A stretch of DNA of 64,000 nucleotides. It comes from an uncultured Ardenticatenaceae bacterium (GTDB taxonomy: Bacteria > Chloroflexota > Anaerolineae > Promineifilales > Promineifilaceae). Position numbers and translations under genes: made by a program. Positions 36,495 through 45,651 of this stretch are shown here, piece after piece. A model generated the notes under the pieces. The model was not told the DNA's origin. It worked only from the letters and a program-made list of their open reading frames with translations, and ran no database searches. Numbering within the stretch: position 1 is the stretch's first letter; each line of letters starts with the position of its first letter. The DNA is taken from assembly GCA_964579295.1 (NCBI GenBank), contig CAZOGK010000008.1, positions 4,974 through 68,973 of the forward strand. Reading direction: 5' to 3'.

Positions 36495-36523
36495 ATTGAC
36501 GCTCTGAAAGGCCCGTGCTATAC
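36495..36523 (+). promoter_or_regulatory. Candidate rho promoter
   Basis: TTGACG, 17 nt, TATACT, with TGc extended -10. Confidence 0.55.
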
Positions 36524-36529
36524 TGAGGT

Positions 36530-36856
36530 CGCCCAGAATTGATTTCCGGCCTACTCCTCGAGAGCCGCTTTCAAATTAGCAAAAATCTTGCCCACCTTTC
36601 CGTCTATCGCCAGAAAGTCCCTCTGCCATCATGTTGGCGCCGCCAACTGATCCCTCACCTCTCTTGAGATTGAGTTAGCCGACGGGTCCTGACTGTTGTT
36701 AGTGGAAAGTAGCTAAACCTGAGGGTCAGGGAAACACTACCCGATACCTTGTCTAACCACATAAATCAACGGCGCGCATGACAGACGCAGTCTGCTGATC
36801 CGCGCGCGAACCCAATCCTGAGCTGCGGCTGGCAGGCTGTAGCTGGAGAAAATCGG
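36530..36856 (+). promoter_or_regulatory. Long rho 5' leader with a C-rich/G-poor (rut-like) tract
   Basis: About 330 nt without an ORF. By hand count, 36541-36660 has C=44 and G=20. Confidence 0.4.
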
Positions 36857-38137
36857 ATGGATATTGCTGAATTAGAATCACAACGACTGACAGAGTTGCG
36901 CGAGACGGCGCGTGAGATGGACATCTCCGGCTTCAGCACCATGAAGAAGCAGCAGCTCGTTTATGAAATCATGCGCGCCGATGCGCGCAAGAAAGGGCTG
37001 GAGTTTCGCGGCGGCGTCCTGGAGATTATCCAGGACGACAAGCAGCCGATGGGCTTCCTGCGCGCCGACCGCAACTATCACCCAAACCCGGAAGACATCT
37101 ACGTCTCCAACTCGCAGATTCGCCGGCTTGGCCTGCGCACGGGTGATATGATCATCGGCCAGGTGCGCGAGCCGAAGGACAATGAGAAGTATCATAGCCT
37201 GCTGCGCGTCGAGGCGGTGAACGGCCTCGACCCGGAGACGGCGCGCCGCCGCCCGCGCTTCGAGAAGCTGACGCCCATCTTTCCCGATCACAAGATTAAG
37301 CTGGAAACGAAGCCGCACATTCTTTCCACGCGGCTGCTCGACCTGGTGGCGCCCATCGGCCGTGGCCAGCGCGGTCTCATCGTCTCCCCGCCCAAGGCCG
37401 GCAAAACCACCGTGCTCAAGGAAATCGCCAACGGCATTTCTGAGAACTATTCTGACATTTTCATGATTATCGCCCTCATCGGCGAGCGGCCGGAAGAAGT
37501 GACCGACATGGAACGCTCGGTCGAGGGCGAAGTGGTCAGCTCTACCTTTGACGAGCCGGTCAAGAACCACTGCGCCGTGGCCGAGATGGCCCTGGAGCGC
37601 GCCAAGCGGCTGGTTGAATCGGGCAAGGATGTCGTCATCCTGCTCGACTCGATTACGCGGCTGGCCCGCGCCTACAACCTTACCGTCGCCCCCAGCGGCC
37701 GTACCCTCTCCGGTGGTCTCGATCCGACCGCTCTCTATCCGCCCAAGCGTTTCTTCGGCGCCGCCCGTAACCTGGAAGAAGGCGGCAGCCTGACGATTAT
37801 GGGCACCTGCCTCGTCGATACCGGCAGCCGTATGGACGACGTCATCTATGAGGAGTTCAAGGGCACGGGTAACATGGAGCTGGTGCTGAGCCGCCGGCTG
37901 CAGGAGCGCCGTATCTTCCCGGCCTTTGACATTGAGCGCTCCAGCACCCGTCGTGAAGAGCTGCTCATGTCCGGCGACGAGCTGCAGCGCGTCTACATGA
38001 TGCGCCGTATGCTGGCCCACCTGATGGACACGCCTGGCTACGACATCAGCAGCGCCACCAACGCCGTGCTGCAGCGGCTGCGCGGCACCAACGATAACTA
38101 CGAGTTCCTGGAGACGCTGACCAAAGACATGGGCTAA
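36857..38137 (+). CDS. rho: Transcription termination factor Rho
   Basis: N-terminal [25 protein letters not shown], Walker A SPPKAGKT, and [24 protein letters not shown]. Confidence 0.95.
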   Translation: MDIAELESQRLTELRETAREMDISGFSTMKKQQLVYEIMRADARKKGLEFRGGVLEIIQDDKQPMGFLRADRNYHPNPEDIYVSNSQIRRLGLRTGDMIIGQVREPKDNEKYHSLLRVEAVNGLDPETARRRPRFEKLTPIFPDHKIKLETKPHILSTRLLDLVAPIGRGQRGLIVSPPKAGKTTVLKEIANGISENYSDIFMIIALIGERPEEVTDMERSVEGEVVSSTFDEPVKNHCAVAEMALERAKRLVESGKDVVILLDSITRLARAYNLTVAPSGRTLSGGLDPTALYPPKRFFGAARNLEEGGSLTIMGTCLVDTGSRMDDVIYEEFKGTGNMELVLSRRLQERRIFPAFDIERSSTRREELLMSGDELQRVYMMRRMLAHLMDTPGYDISSATNAVLQRLRGTNDNYEFLETLTKDMG

Positions 38138-38169
38138 TCCCCCGCCAGGGATGAGTTCTCTTTTAATAA

Positions 38170-38200
38170 ACGGGCCTCTACACGAGGCCCGTTTTCGTTT
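38170..38200 (+). terminator. Intrinsic terminator after rho
   Basis: ACGGGCCTC stem, 5-nt loop, GAGGCCCGT stem, then TTTCGTTT. Confidence 0.75.
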
Positions 38201-38273
38201 GGTTCTCCCTTTGTGGTAGCATCCACAATGGTCAGGCCTGGAAGAGGGCTGGCTCCTGAAGGAGGATCCACTG

Positions 38274-39362
38274 ATGGATGACAACCGAACGCTTTGGGAG
38301 CGCTTCGGCGGCCATATTGTCATGCTGCTGGTCGCTGTGATGGTGTTGGCCGCCAGCAAGACGACAACCGTGCGCAACCTGCTCGCCTTCGACCGCGCCG
38401 AGGAACCCGCCGCCGCCGACTTCGCCTGGCAGACGAGCGCCGCCGAGCCGGCGGCGGGCGAGAGCGCCGAGCCGGTAGAAGCCGAGGACGGCGCGGCCGG
38501 CTTTGACGTGAGCAGCGTGCCCGTCCTCACCGACAGCAGTCTCGTCGCCGCGCCCATGCCCATTACCTACAAACCGGCGGTGCCAGAGCACGAGCTAACC
38601 ATCTACCGCGTGCAGAGCGGTGACACGGCCATTCGTATCGCCGACCGCTTCGGCATCCGCGAAGAGACGATCCTGGGCGGGAACAGCTTCCTGAGCAACG
38701 ACGCCGGCCAGCTTATGACCGGCGTGGACATCGTCATCCTACCGGTAGACGGCGTGCTGCACGACGTGACCGAAGGGGAAACGGTGGAGAGTATTGCCGG
38801 GTTCTATGGGGTGCCCGTCGAGGACATCATCGCTTACGAGCCAAACAGGCTCGAGTTTCCTTACCGCCTCTTTCCCGGCACGCAGATTCTCGTCCCCGGC
38901 GCCATCCGCGAGGAGTTCTACTGGGACCCGCCGGTCATGGTCAGCTCCTCCAGCTCGCCCGAAGCGGGCCAGGGTGGCGTCTTCGTCGCTGTCCCCGGCA
39001 CCGGCACCTATATCTGGCCCACCGGCGGGCGCACCATCACCCAGTATTCCTGGTACGGACACACGGCGCTGGACGTGGCCCTGCCCAACGGCTCCCCGAT
39101 TTACGCTTCGGACACGGGCACGGTAACCTACGCCACCTGGAGCCCGCACTGCTATGGCAACCTGGTCGTCATCAACCACGGCAACGGCTACGAAACCTTC
39201 TACGCTCACCTCAGCAGCTTCAATGTCTTGCCGGGGCAGACCGTCTACCAGGGGAATACCATTGCCTTTTCCGGCAATACCGGCTGCTCCTCTGGCCCGC
39301 ATCTGCACTTTGAGATCCGCTATAACAAGGCGCGCTATAACCCGCTCAGCTATCTGCCCTGA
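38274..39362 (+). CDS. LysM-domain M23 peptidase, membrane anchored
   Basis: N-terminal TM segment, LysM motifs YRVQSGDTAIRIADRFGI and HDVTEGETVESIAGFYGV, and M23 motifs HTALDVA and GPHLHFEIR. Confidence 0.85.
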   Translation: MDDNRTLWERFGGHIVMLLVAVMVLAASKTTTVRNLLAFDRAEEPAAADFAWQTSAAEPAAGESAEPVEAEDGAAGFDVSSVPVLTDSSLVAAPMPITYKPAVPEHELTIYRVQSGDTAIRIADRFGIREETILGGNSFLSNDAGQLMTGVDIVILPVDGVLHDVTEGETVESIAGFYGVPVEDIIAYEPNRLEFPYRLFPGTQILVPGAIREEFYWDPPVMVSSSSSPEAGQGGVFVAVPGTGTYIWPTGGRTITQYSWYGHTALDVALPNGSPIYASDTGTVTYATWSPHCYGNLVVINHGNGYETFYAHLSSFNVLPGQTVYQGNTIAFSGNTGCSSGPHLHFEIRYNKARYNPLSYLP

Positions 39363-39384
39363 CGCGCGGCGCAGCAAATCGTCA

Positions 39385-39441
39385 GTCAGGTTGAAAACCT
39401 GACCTACCAGCTGGGCTGGTAGGTCGGGTCTGTAGCCCGAC
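39385..39441. repeat. Three abutting GC hairpins between convergent genes
   Basis: GTCAGGTT/AACCTGAC (39385-39403), CCTACCAGC/GCTGGTAGG (39403-39423) and GTCGGG/CCCGAC (39423-39441). No U-tracts. Confidence 0.5.
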
Positions 39442-39451
39442 AGCGCGAGCT

Positions 39452-40537
39452 CTACTCCTCTTCCTCCCCTAGCAGCCCCTGGCGCGCGGCCCGGTCGCGC
39501 ACCATCCTGTCGCGCAGCTGCCCGCAGCCCGCCTGGATGTCGATGCCGCGCCGCACGCGCACGGTGCTGCTGACGCCATAGCGCTCCAGCGTGTCGCGGA
39601 AGGCGGCAACGCGCGCCCGCGAGCTGGGGGCGCCGCCATAGCCCGCCGTCGGGTTGAGCGGAATCAGGTTGACGTGTACCAGCATGCCCTGCAGCAGCTT
39701 GCCCAGCTTCTCCGCCTGCTCGCTCGTGTCATTCTCGCCGGCGATGAGCGCCCACTCAATCGTCACCTGCCGGCCTGTTTTCTCAATGTAATAGCGCAGT
39801 GTATCCATCAGCTCGGCGATCTTCCAGCGACGGTTGATTGGAATCAGCCGGTCGCGCTCTTCGTCGGTGGCGGCGTGCAGCGAGACGGCGAGGCCGACCT
39901 GGCGCTCTTCGTCGGCAAAGCGGCGAATCGCCGGGACCAGGCCGACCGTGGAGAGTGTGATGCGCCGCGCGCCCAGGTTAAACCCTTCGTCGTCGGTCAG
40001 CCGGTCGATGGCAGATAGCGTCTGGTCGTAGTTGTGCAACGGCTCGCCCATGCCCATGAGCACGATATTGGTCACGCGCTCGCCCTCGGCGCCCAGCTCG
40101 CGCGCGAAGTGCATCACCTGGGCCACAATCTCGCCGTCCGTCAGGTGGCGGAAGAAACCCATCTGGCCTGTCGCGCAGAAGACGCAACCCATGGCGCAGC
40201 CGGCCTGCGTACTGATACAGAGCGTGTGGCGTTCGTCATAGTCCATACGCACCGTCTCGATGAGCTGACCATCGGGCAGCTGAAAGAGCACCTTGGTCGT
40301 CTGTCCGTCGTTGGACTTCATCACACTGACCGGCTGCAGCAGGTCGAGCCGCGCCGCCTGCGCAAGCTTCTCGCGCAGCGACCGCGGCAGGTTGGTCATG
40401 CTGTCGAAGTCGGCAACATGGCGCCGGTAGAGCCAGCTCCACACCTGCTCGGCGCGAAAGGCAGGCTCGCCCAGCCCTTGCAGCAGCTCCTGCAGCTCAG
40501 ACCGGCTCAGGTCATAGAGATTAACCCGTGCGTCCAC
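39452..40537 (-). CDS. rlmN: 23S rRNA (adenine2503-C2)-methyltransferase, radical SAM
   Basis: GAGGAG lies 7 nt before GTG 40537. Motifs are FRAEQVWSWLY, radical-SAM CAMGCVFC and MGMGEPL. Confidence 0.9.
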   Translation of the reverse strand: MDARVNLYDLSRSELQELLQGLGEPAFRAEQVWSWLYRRHVADFDSMTNLPRSLREKLAQAARLDLLQPVSVMKSNDGQTTKVLFQLPDGQLIETVRMDYDERHTLCISTQAGCAMGCVFCATGQMGFFRHLTDGEIVAQVMHFARELGAEGERVTNIVLMGMGEPLHNYDQTLSAIDRLTDDEGFNLGARRITLSTVGLVPAIRRFADEERQVGLAVSLHAATDEERDRLIPINRRWKIAELMDTLRYYIEKTGRQVTIEWALIAGENDTSEQAEKLGKLLQGMLVHVNLIPLNPTAGYGGAPSSRARVAAFRDTLERYGVSSTVRVRRGIDIQAGCGQLRDRMVRDRAARQGLLGEEEE

Positions 40538-41369
40538 TGACCGGCTCCTCATGCGCCGCGCGCAGCCGCTGCGCCAGCTCGCGGATATCTTCCAGGACCA
40601 TGTCTGCCTGCACCACCGCACCGGCCAGCTGCTCACGCCCGGTCACACCGGAAAGGAGCAGGATACCGGCCAGGCCGGCTCGCCGCGCGCCAGCTATGTC
40701 CGTATCCAGCCGGTCGCCAACCACGGCCGTGGCGGCGGCCGCCCCGCCCAGCCACCGTAGCGCCTCTTCATACATAGCCGGCGCCGGCTTGCCCATAATC
40801 TGCGGCGCGACGCCCGTCGCCGTCTCCACCAGCGCCAGCAGCGCCCCGGCGCCAGGCAGCGGCCCCATCTCCGTGGGGTAGCTCACGTCGCCGTTGGTGC
40901 CGACAAAGTGGGCGCCGTTCTGAACGAGATAGCAGGCGCTGGCAAGCTGCTCCCAGCAGGCGCGCCGGTCAAGGCCGACCACGACCAGCTCCACGCGCGT
41001 GCCGGGTACAACCAGGCCCTCATGGGCGGCAAGGGTAAAGCCCTGCGCCGCCAGCGCCTGCCGCAGCCCATCCTCGCCGACGACATACATGCGCGCCTGC
41101 GGTGGGTAGCGGCGCGCGAGATTGGCCGCCGTGACCTCGGCCGAGGTCATGATCCGCTGCGGCGGCACGGCGACGCCGAAGCCGGCCAGCTTGTCGCTGT
41201 ATTGCGCCGCCACCCGCGTGGCGTTGTTCGTCGCCAGCACATAGCCGATGCCCAGCTCGTCGAGTGTGGCAAAGAAAGCGCCCAGCCCGGGCAGGGGCGT
41301 ATCGCCGTGCCAGAGCACGCCGTCCATGTCGATGATCAGATTCTCAATCGTCTGCAAATCCAAGCTCAT
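40521..41369 (-). CDS. HAD-IIA family hydrolase (NagD-like sugar/pyridoxal phosphatase)
   Basis: Motifs LIIDMDGVLWHG, ATNNA and VGDRLDTDI. The 3' end overlaps the rlmN start by 17 nt. Confidence 0.8.
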   Translation of the reverse strand: MSLDLQTIENLIIDMDGVLWHGDTPLPGLGAFFATLDELGIGYVLATNNATRVAAQYSDKLAGFGVAVPPQRIMTSAEVTAANLARRYPPQARMYVVGEDGLRQALAAQGFTLAAHEGLVVPGTRVELVVVGLDRRACWEQLASACYLVQNGAHFVGTNGDVSYPTEMGPLPGAGALLALVETATGVAPQIMGKPAPAMYEEALRWLGGAAAATAVVGDRLDTDIAGARRAGLAGILLLSGVTGREQLAGAVVQADMVLEDIRELAQRLRAAHEEPVSGRTG

Positions 41370-41482
41370 AGGGCGCGATTATAGCGGCTGGCGCACTGCT
41401 GCCCATGTCTGGAGACGCGATGTTAACGCTTTCATGTATAATGCCGCGCGGCGTGCCGTACACCATAGTTGTCAGGGAAGAG

Positions 41483-42931
41483 ATGCGAGGACTGAGCCGT
41501 CACTGGCTGGTAGCGATTATTCTGCTCGGAGCGCTGCTGCGCTGGCCGTCGCTATTCGCCAATACCTTTCATGCCGACGAGGCGCTCTTCGCGTCTTGGG
41601 CCCGGCTCATTGCCGTCTGGCGCGATCCCTTGCTCGAAAGTCAGCTCGTGGATAAGCCGCCACTCCTCTTCTACCTGCAGGCGCTCTTCTACCCCGTGCT
41701 CGGCACGCCCGCGCCGTGGGTAGCCCGGCTACCCAACTTCATCGCCTCACTCCTGCTTATCCCGCTCACGGCCCAGCTGGGCTGGCGGCTCTATCGCTCC
41801 TGGCTGCCCGCTCTGGCCGCCGGGCTTTTCGTCGCCCTCTCGCCCTACACCGTGCAGTTCAGCGCCACTGCCTTTACCGACCCGCTGCTGGCGTCGCTGC
41901 TGGCCGCTTCCCTGCTGGCGACCGTTGTTGTGCGGTCAGCGCGCCGCGCCTGGTGGGCCGGGCTGCTGCTGGGGCTGGCTCTGGCTACCAAGCACCAGGC
42001 GCTCCTTGCCGCGCCGCTGCTGCTGGCGGCCGGCTGGATGCACAGCTGGCCGCGGCGGCGCTGGGCGGCCTGGCTGGCCGGCCTGCTGGCGCCGCTCGCC
42101 GCGCTGCTCATCTGGGACGCCGCGCGCGCGGCGCCCGCGCTCTGGGCCGTGCAGGGCCAGAACTATGGCGCGCTGCGGCTCGCCTGGTCGTGGGAATTGT
42201 GGCCGCGGCTGGAAGAATGGGCCGGCTGGTGGCAGCTCATGTTCGGCTCCCAGCTCCTCGGCTTTGCTCTGTTGCTGGCGCTGCCCGTCTTCCTTGCCCT
42301 GCTGATTTACGACCGCGACTGGTCTACCGCCTATGACCAGCTCCTGCTGCTCTACGTGTTGGTCTATGCTGGGCTGCACTGGTTCCTGGCCGTGCCCGTG
42401 TGGGACCGCTATCTGCTGCCGCTGGCGCCGCTGGTCGCGCTGCTGCTCGGCCGCTTTGGTGCGCGCGTCATCACCTTTATCGGGCCGCATCTCGGCTCGG
42501 CGCGCCGGGTCGCGGCCGTGCGCGTCGCCGCCCTCCTCTTTCTCTTCCTGCTGCTGCTGCCGCCGGGGTGGGCGGCGCGGCGCGGCGCCTTTCCCGTGGG
42601 CGGCTTTGCGACGGCCGACGGCGGCGCGGCGTCCCTTACCGCCCTTCTCTATGATGCACCCTATGGCACCGTCCTCTACGACCACTGGTATAGCTGGCAG
42701 TGGCGCTACTACCTCTTTGATAGAGGGGTGCTGATCCACTGGTTCCCCGACCCGGCCGCGCTGGCTACCGACCTGGAAGCGTTCGGCGCGCAGGGGAGCC
42801 GCTACCTGGCGCTGCCGGCCGGCCCGGCCGGTGTCCCGGCCCGCCAGGCGGCGGCGGACGCCGGTTTTTCCACCGTCCCGCTGCAAGCGGCGGGCAGCAT
42901 TGTCCTCTATCGCCTGGAGGCCGCGCCATGA
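41483..42931 (+). CDS. GT-C fold glycosyltransferase, family 39-like
   Basis: Polytopic protein with early loop FHADEALFASWAR..DKPPL, typical of ArnT/PMT-like enzymes. ATG 41483 has GGGAAGAG upstream. The track start is 41405. Confidence 0.6.
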   Translation: MRGLSRHWLVAIILLGALLRWPSLFANTFHADEALFASWARLIAVWRDPLLESQLVDKPPLLFYLQALFYPVLGTPAPWVARLPNFIASLLLIPLTAQLGWRLYRSWLPALAAGLFVALSPYTVQFSATAFTDPLLASLLAASLLATVVVRSARRAWWAGLLLGLALATKHQALLAAPLLLAAGWMHSWPRRRWAAWLAGLLAPLAALLIWDAARAAPALWAVQGQNYGALRLAWSWELWPRLEEWAGWWQLMFGSQLLGFALLLALPVFLALLIYDRDWSTAYDQLLLLYVLVYAGLHWFLAVPVWDRYLLPLAPLVALLLGRFGARVITFIGPHLGSARRVAAVRVAALLFLFLLLLPPGWAARRGAFPVGGFATADGGAASLTALLYDAPYGTVLYDHWYSWQWRYYLFDRGVLIHWFPDPAALATDLEAFGAQGSRYLALPAGPAGVPARQAAADAGFSTVPLQAAGSIVLYRLEAAP

Positions 42932-45651
42932 AGCTGCCGCGCTGGCTGCCCTTCCTCTTGCTGGCCGCGGCCATCGTCCTCTTCCTGCACCGGCTGACCC
43001 TGACCAACCGCATTCTCGCGCGCGGCGACGTCTTTCTCTACTTCTATCCGTACTGGGAAGCCGCGTCGGCGGCGCTGCGCCAGGGGCGGCTGCCGTTGTG
43101 GAACCCGTACTTGTTCATGGGCGCGCCGCTGCTGGCAAATAGCCAGGTGGGCTTCTTCTACCCGCTCAACTGGCCGCTCTGGCTGCTGCTGCCCGTGCCC
43201 TATGCTGCCACGGCGACCATTCTACTGCATCTGTTGTTGGCCGGCGCCGGCTGCTATCTGCTGGCGCGCCGCGCGCTGCGCCTGAGCGCCGCCGCCGGGC
43301 TGCTGGCCGCCCTCGTGTTTGCCCTCGGCGGCTACCTCACCGCGCAGGTAGAGCATCTCAACCAGCTGCAGGGGCTTGCCTGGCTGCCCTGGGCGCTGCT
43401 CGTTATGGGCGTGCCCGGCGACTGGCGCGGGCAGCGCGCTTTCACCCGTCGCCTCGCCGCCCTCGCCTTCGTCCTGGCGCTGCAGCTTGCCGCCGGCCAC
43501 AGCCAGACCGTGCTGATTACCGGCGTCGCGCTCTTCCTCTGGGGACTGGGTAGCATTGCGCCGGCGCGGTCGTGGCGCGCCGGCCTCACGCCGCTGGCCG
43601 GCCTGGCCAGCGCCGCCGCTCTGGCCGCCGCGCTGGCGGCCGTGCAGCTGCTGCCGACGCTGGAGCTGGCGCGCCTGTCCAGCCGCCAGGGTGGGCTGCC
43701 GCTTGACGAGGCGCTCAGCTTCTCGCTGCACCCGCTTCTGCTCGGCCGGGCGTTGCTGCCCGGCTATGGCGAGGCGCTCTTCACCGAATATGTCACCTTT
43801 CTGCCGCTCACGGCGCTGCTGCTGGCGGCTGCTGGCGCCTGGCGCTGGCGCGCCGAGCGTTCGCTGGCGCCACCACTGCTGCTGCTGGCGGCCGGCCTTT
43901 TCCTGGCGCTGGGGCGCTTCAACCCCGTAGCCATTGGGCTGGCCTGGCTGCCCGGCTTCAATCTCTTTCGCGCTCCGGCGCGCTGGCTGGCGCTCTATGC
44001 GCTCGGCGCGGCGCTCCTGGCCGGCGCTGGCTGGCAGCGCTGGCGCGGCGCAGACGAGCTGCCGGCGCGCCCTATGAAATGGGCGGTCGCTGCCATCCTT
44101 TTGCTTGGAGGCTGGAGCATTCTCGCGCCCACGTTGGCCCGCTTCGTGCCCACGGCGGCGGAGGCGCCGGTAACGCTGCCCTTGCCGCTGACGCTGGTGG
44201 GCTGGCTGCTGGAGCTGCTGCTGGCCTCTTTCCTGGTGCGGCAAAGACGGCGGCGCTGGGCCCCGCTGGCGCTGCTGGCGCTGGCCCTCGCCGCTCTCTA
44301 TCTCGGCGGGCGCGCGCTGCCCTACCACCGGCTGGCGACCGCGCCGCAGGCCTATTTCTCGCTGCGCCCGCCGGTTGCCCGGCTGCAGGCAGCGGCTTGT
44401 GTTGGCGCAGCCGGTTGCCCGCAGCCGCCGGGCCGCGTGCTCAGCCTCTCCAACATCTTCTTCGACGTGGGTGATATGGCCGAGCTACAGGGCGCTTATG
44501 GTCCCTACCTCGACGAACCCGCCTTCCAGCAATTGCTCGTCGCCGTCAAACATAAAGAGGTGCTGGACCCCAACCTGCCGCTGGCCTATCGCCTGCCCTC
44601 TGTCGATGGCTTTGACGGCGGCATCCTGCCACTGCAGGCCTACAGCCAGCTTACCGCCCTCCTGCTGCCGCCCGGGCAGATGACGACCGATGGCCGGCTG
44701 CGCGAGTTCCTGCCGGCTGTCCCCGAGGCCCGCTGGCTGGACCTGTTCCAGGCGCAATATCTGATTACAGACAAGACGGCCGATGTCTGGCGCGATGGTG
44801 TCTTCTTCGACCGCCAGCATCCCGTGCGGCTTGCCGTGGGGGAGGCGGCGCCGGTGGGATCCCTGCCGCCCTTTGCGGCCACAGCCATCTGGCTGCTGGC
44901 GGACGGGCCGGGGGCGCTGCTGGCAACGGCCGGCGAAAGCCGCTGGGAGCTGGCGGCGGTAGAGCGCGCCGCCGGTCTCTGGGAGGCGCGCCTGCCGCAG
45001 CCCGCGACGCTCGACAGCCTGACGCTGCAGGCGACGGCTGCGCCGTGGCAGGTGGAAGGGCTGGCCCTGGTAGACGAGCATGACGGGGCATTCCAGCCGC
45101 TGGTCCCCGGCGCTTACCGGCTGCTCCACTCTGGCGACGTGAAAATCTATGAGAACGGCGACGTGTTGTCGCGCGCTTTTGTCGTCCACCGCTGGCAATG
45201 GCAGCCCGACGTTACCGCCAGCGTCGCCGCGCTGGCAGCGCCAGACTTTGACGTGCGGCGCGAGGCCGTGCTGCTGGGTGAGGGGCAGGCGGCGGGCGGC
45301 GCGGACGCGAGCGGTGCGGCCCTCAGCAGCCGGGCGACGATTACCGCCTACGAGCCGGAGCTGGTGCGCATCGCAGTGGAGATGGCCGGCGACGGCCTGC
45401 TCCTGCTCACCGACGCGGCCTATCCGGGTTGGACGGCTACCGTGGACGGCGCGCCGGCGACCATCTACCAGGCGAACGGGCTGTTCCGCGGCGTGCTGCT
45501 GGCGGGCGGGACCCACGAGGTCGTCTTTCGCTATGAGCCGGCCTCGCTGCGGCAAGGCACGGCCATCTCGACGCTGGCCCTGCTCGTCTGGCTGGCGCTG
45601 CTTACGGCTGGCAGGGTGGGCCGTGCCGGTCGAGCAGATATTCGGAAATAG
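42928..45651 (+). CDS. YfhO-family membrane protein (putative glycosyl carrier-dependent transferase)
   Basis: ATGA overlap with the upstream GT. 907 aa with an N-terminal block FLYFYPYWEAA..LPLWNPYLFMGAPLLANSQ, many TM helices, and a large C-terminal extracytoplasmic domain. Confidence 0.65.
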   Translation: MKLPRWLPFLLLAAAIVLFLHRLTLTNRILARGDVFLYFYPYWEAASAALRQGRLPLWNPYLFMGAPLLANSQVGFFYPLNWPLWLLLPVPYAATATILLHLLLAGAGCYLLARRALRLSAAAGLLAALVFALGGYLTAQVEHLNQLQGLAWLPWALLVMGVPGDWRGQRAFTRRLAALAFVLALQLAAGHSQTVLITGVALFLWGLGSIAPARSWRAGLTPLAGLASAAALAAALAAVQLLPTLELARLSSRQGGLPLDEALSFSLHPLLLGRALLPGYGEALFTEYVTFLPLTALLLAAAGAWRWRAERSLAPPLLLLAAGLFLALGRFNPVAIGLAWLPGFNLFRAPARWLALYALGAALLAGAGWQRWRGADELPARPMKWAVAAILLLGGWSILAPTLARFVPTAAEAPVTLPLPLTLVGWLLELLLASFLVRQRRRRWAPLALLALALAALYLGGRALPYHRLATAPQAYFSLRPPVARLQAAACVGAAGCPQPPGRVLSLSNIFFDVGDMAELQGAYGPYLDEPAFQQLLVAVKHKEVLDPNLPLAYRLPSVDGFDGGILPLQAYSQLTALLLPPGQMTTDGRLREFLPAVPEARWLDLFQAQYLITDKTADVWRDGVFFDRQHPVRLAVGEAAPVGSLPPFAATAIWLLADGPGALLATAGESRWELAAVERAAGLWEARLPQPATLDSLTLQATAAPWQVEGLALVDEHDGAFQPLVPGAYRLLHSGDVKIYENGDVLSRAFVVHRWQWQPDVTASVAALAAPDFDVRREAVLLGEGQAAGGADASGAALSSRATITAYEPELVRIAVEMAGDGLLLLTDAAYPGWTATVDGAPATIYQANGLFRGVLLAGGTHEVVFRYEPASLRQGTAISTLALLVWLALLTAGRVGRAGRADIRK

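Noticed and set aside
36878-38563. 561-aa ORF antisense to rho. Similar long antisense ORFs lie at 20261-22093 (610 aa), 46834-48105 (423 aa), 59663-61027 (454 aa), 41936-42886, 43222-44328 and 44485-45555.
   Set aside because: Each lies opposite a gene with unmistakable family motifs. Their translations are Arg/Ala/Gly/Pro-rich low-complexity strings, as expected when stop codons are rare in high-GC DNA. None has an RBS or a recognisable motif.
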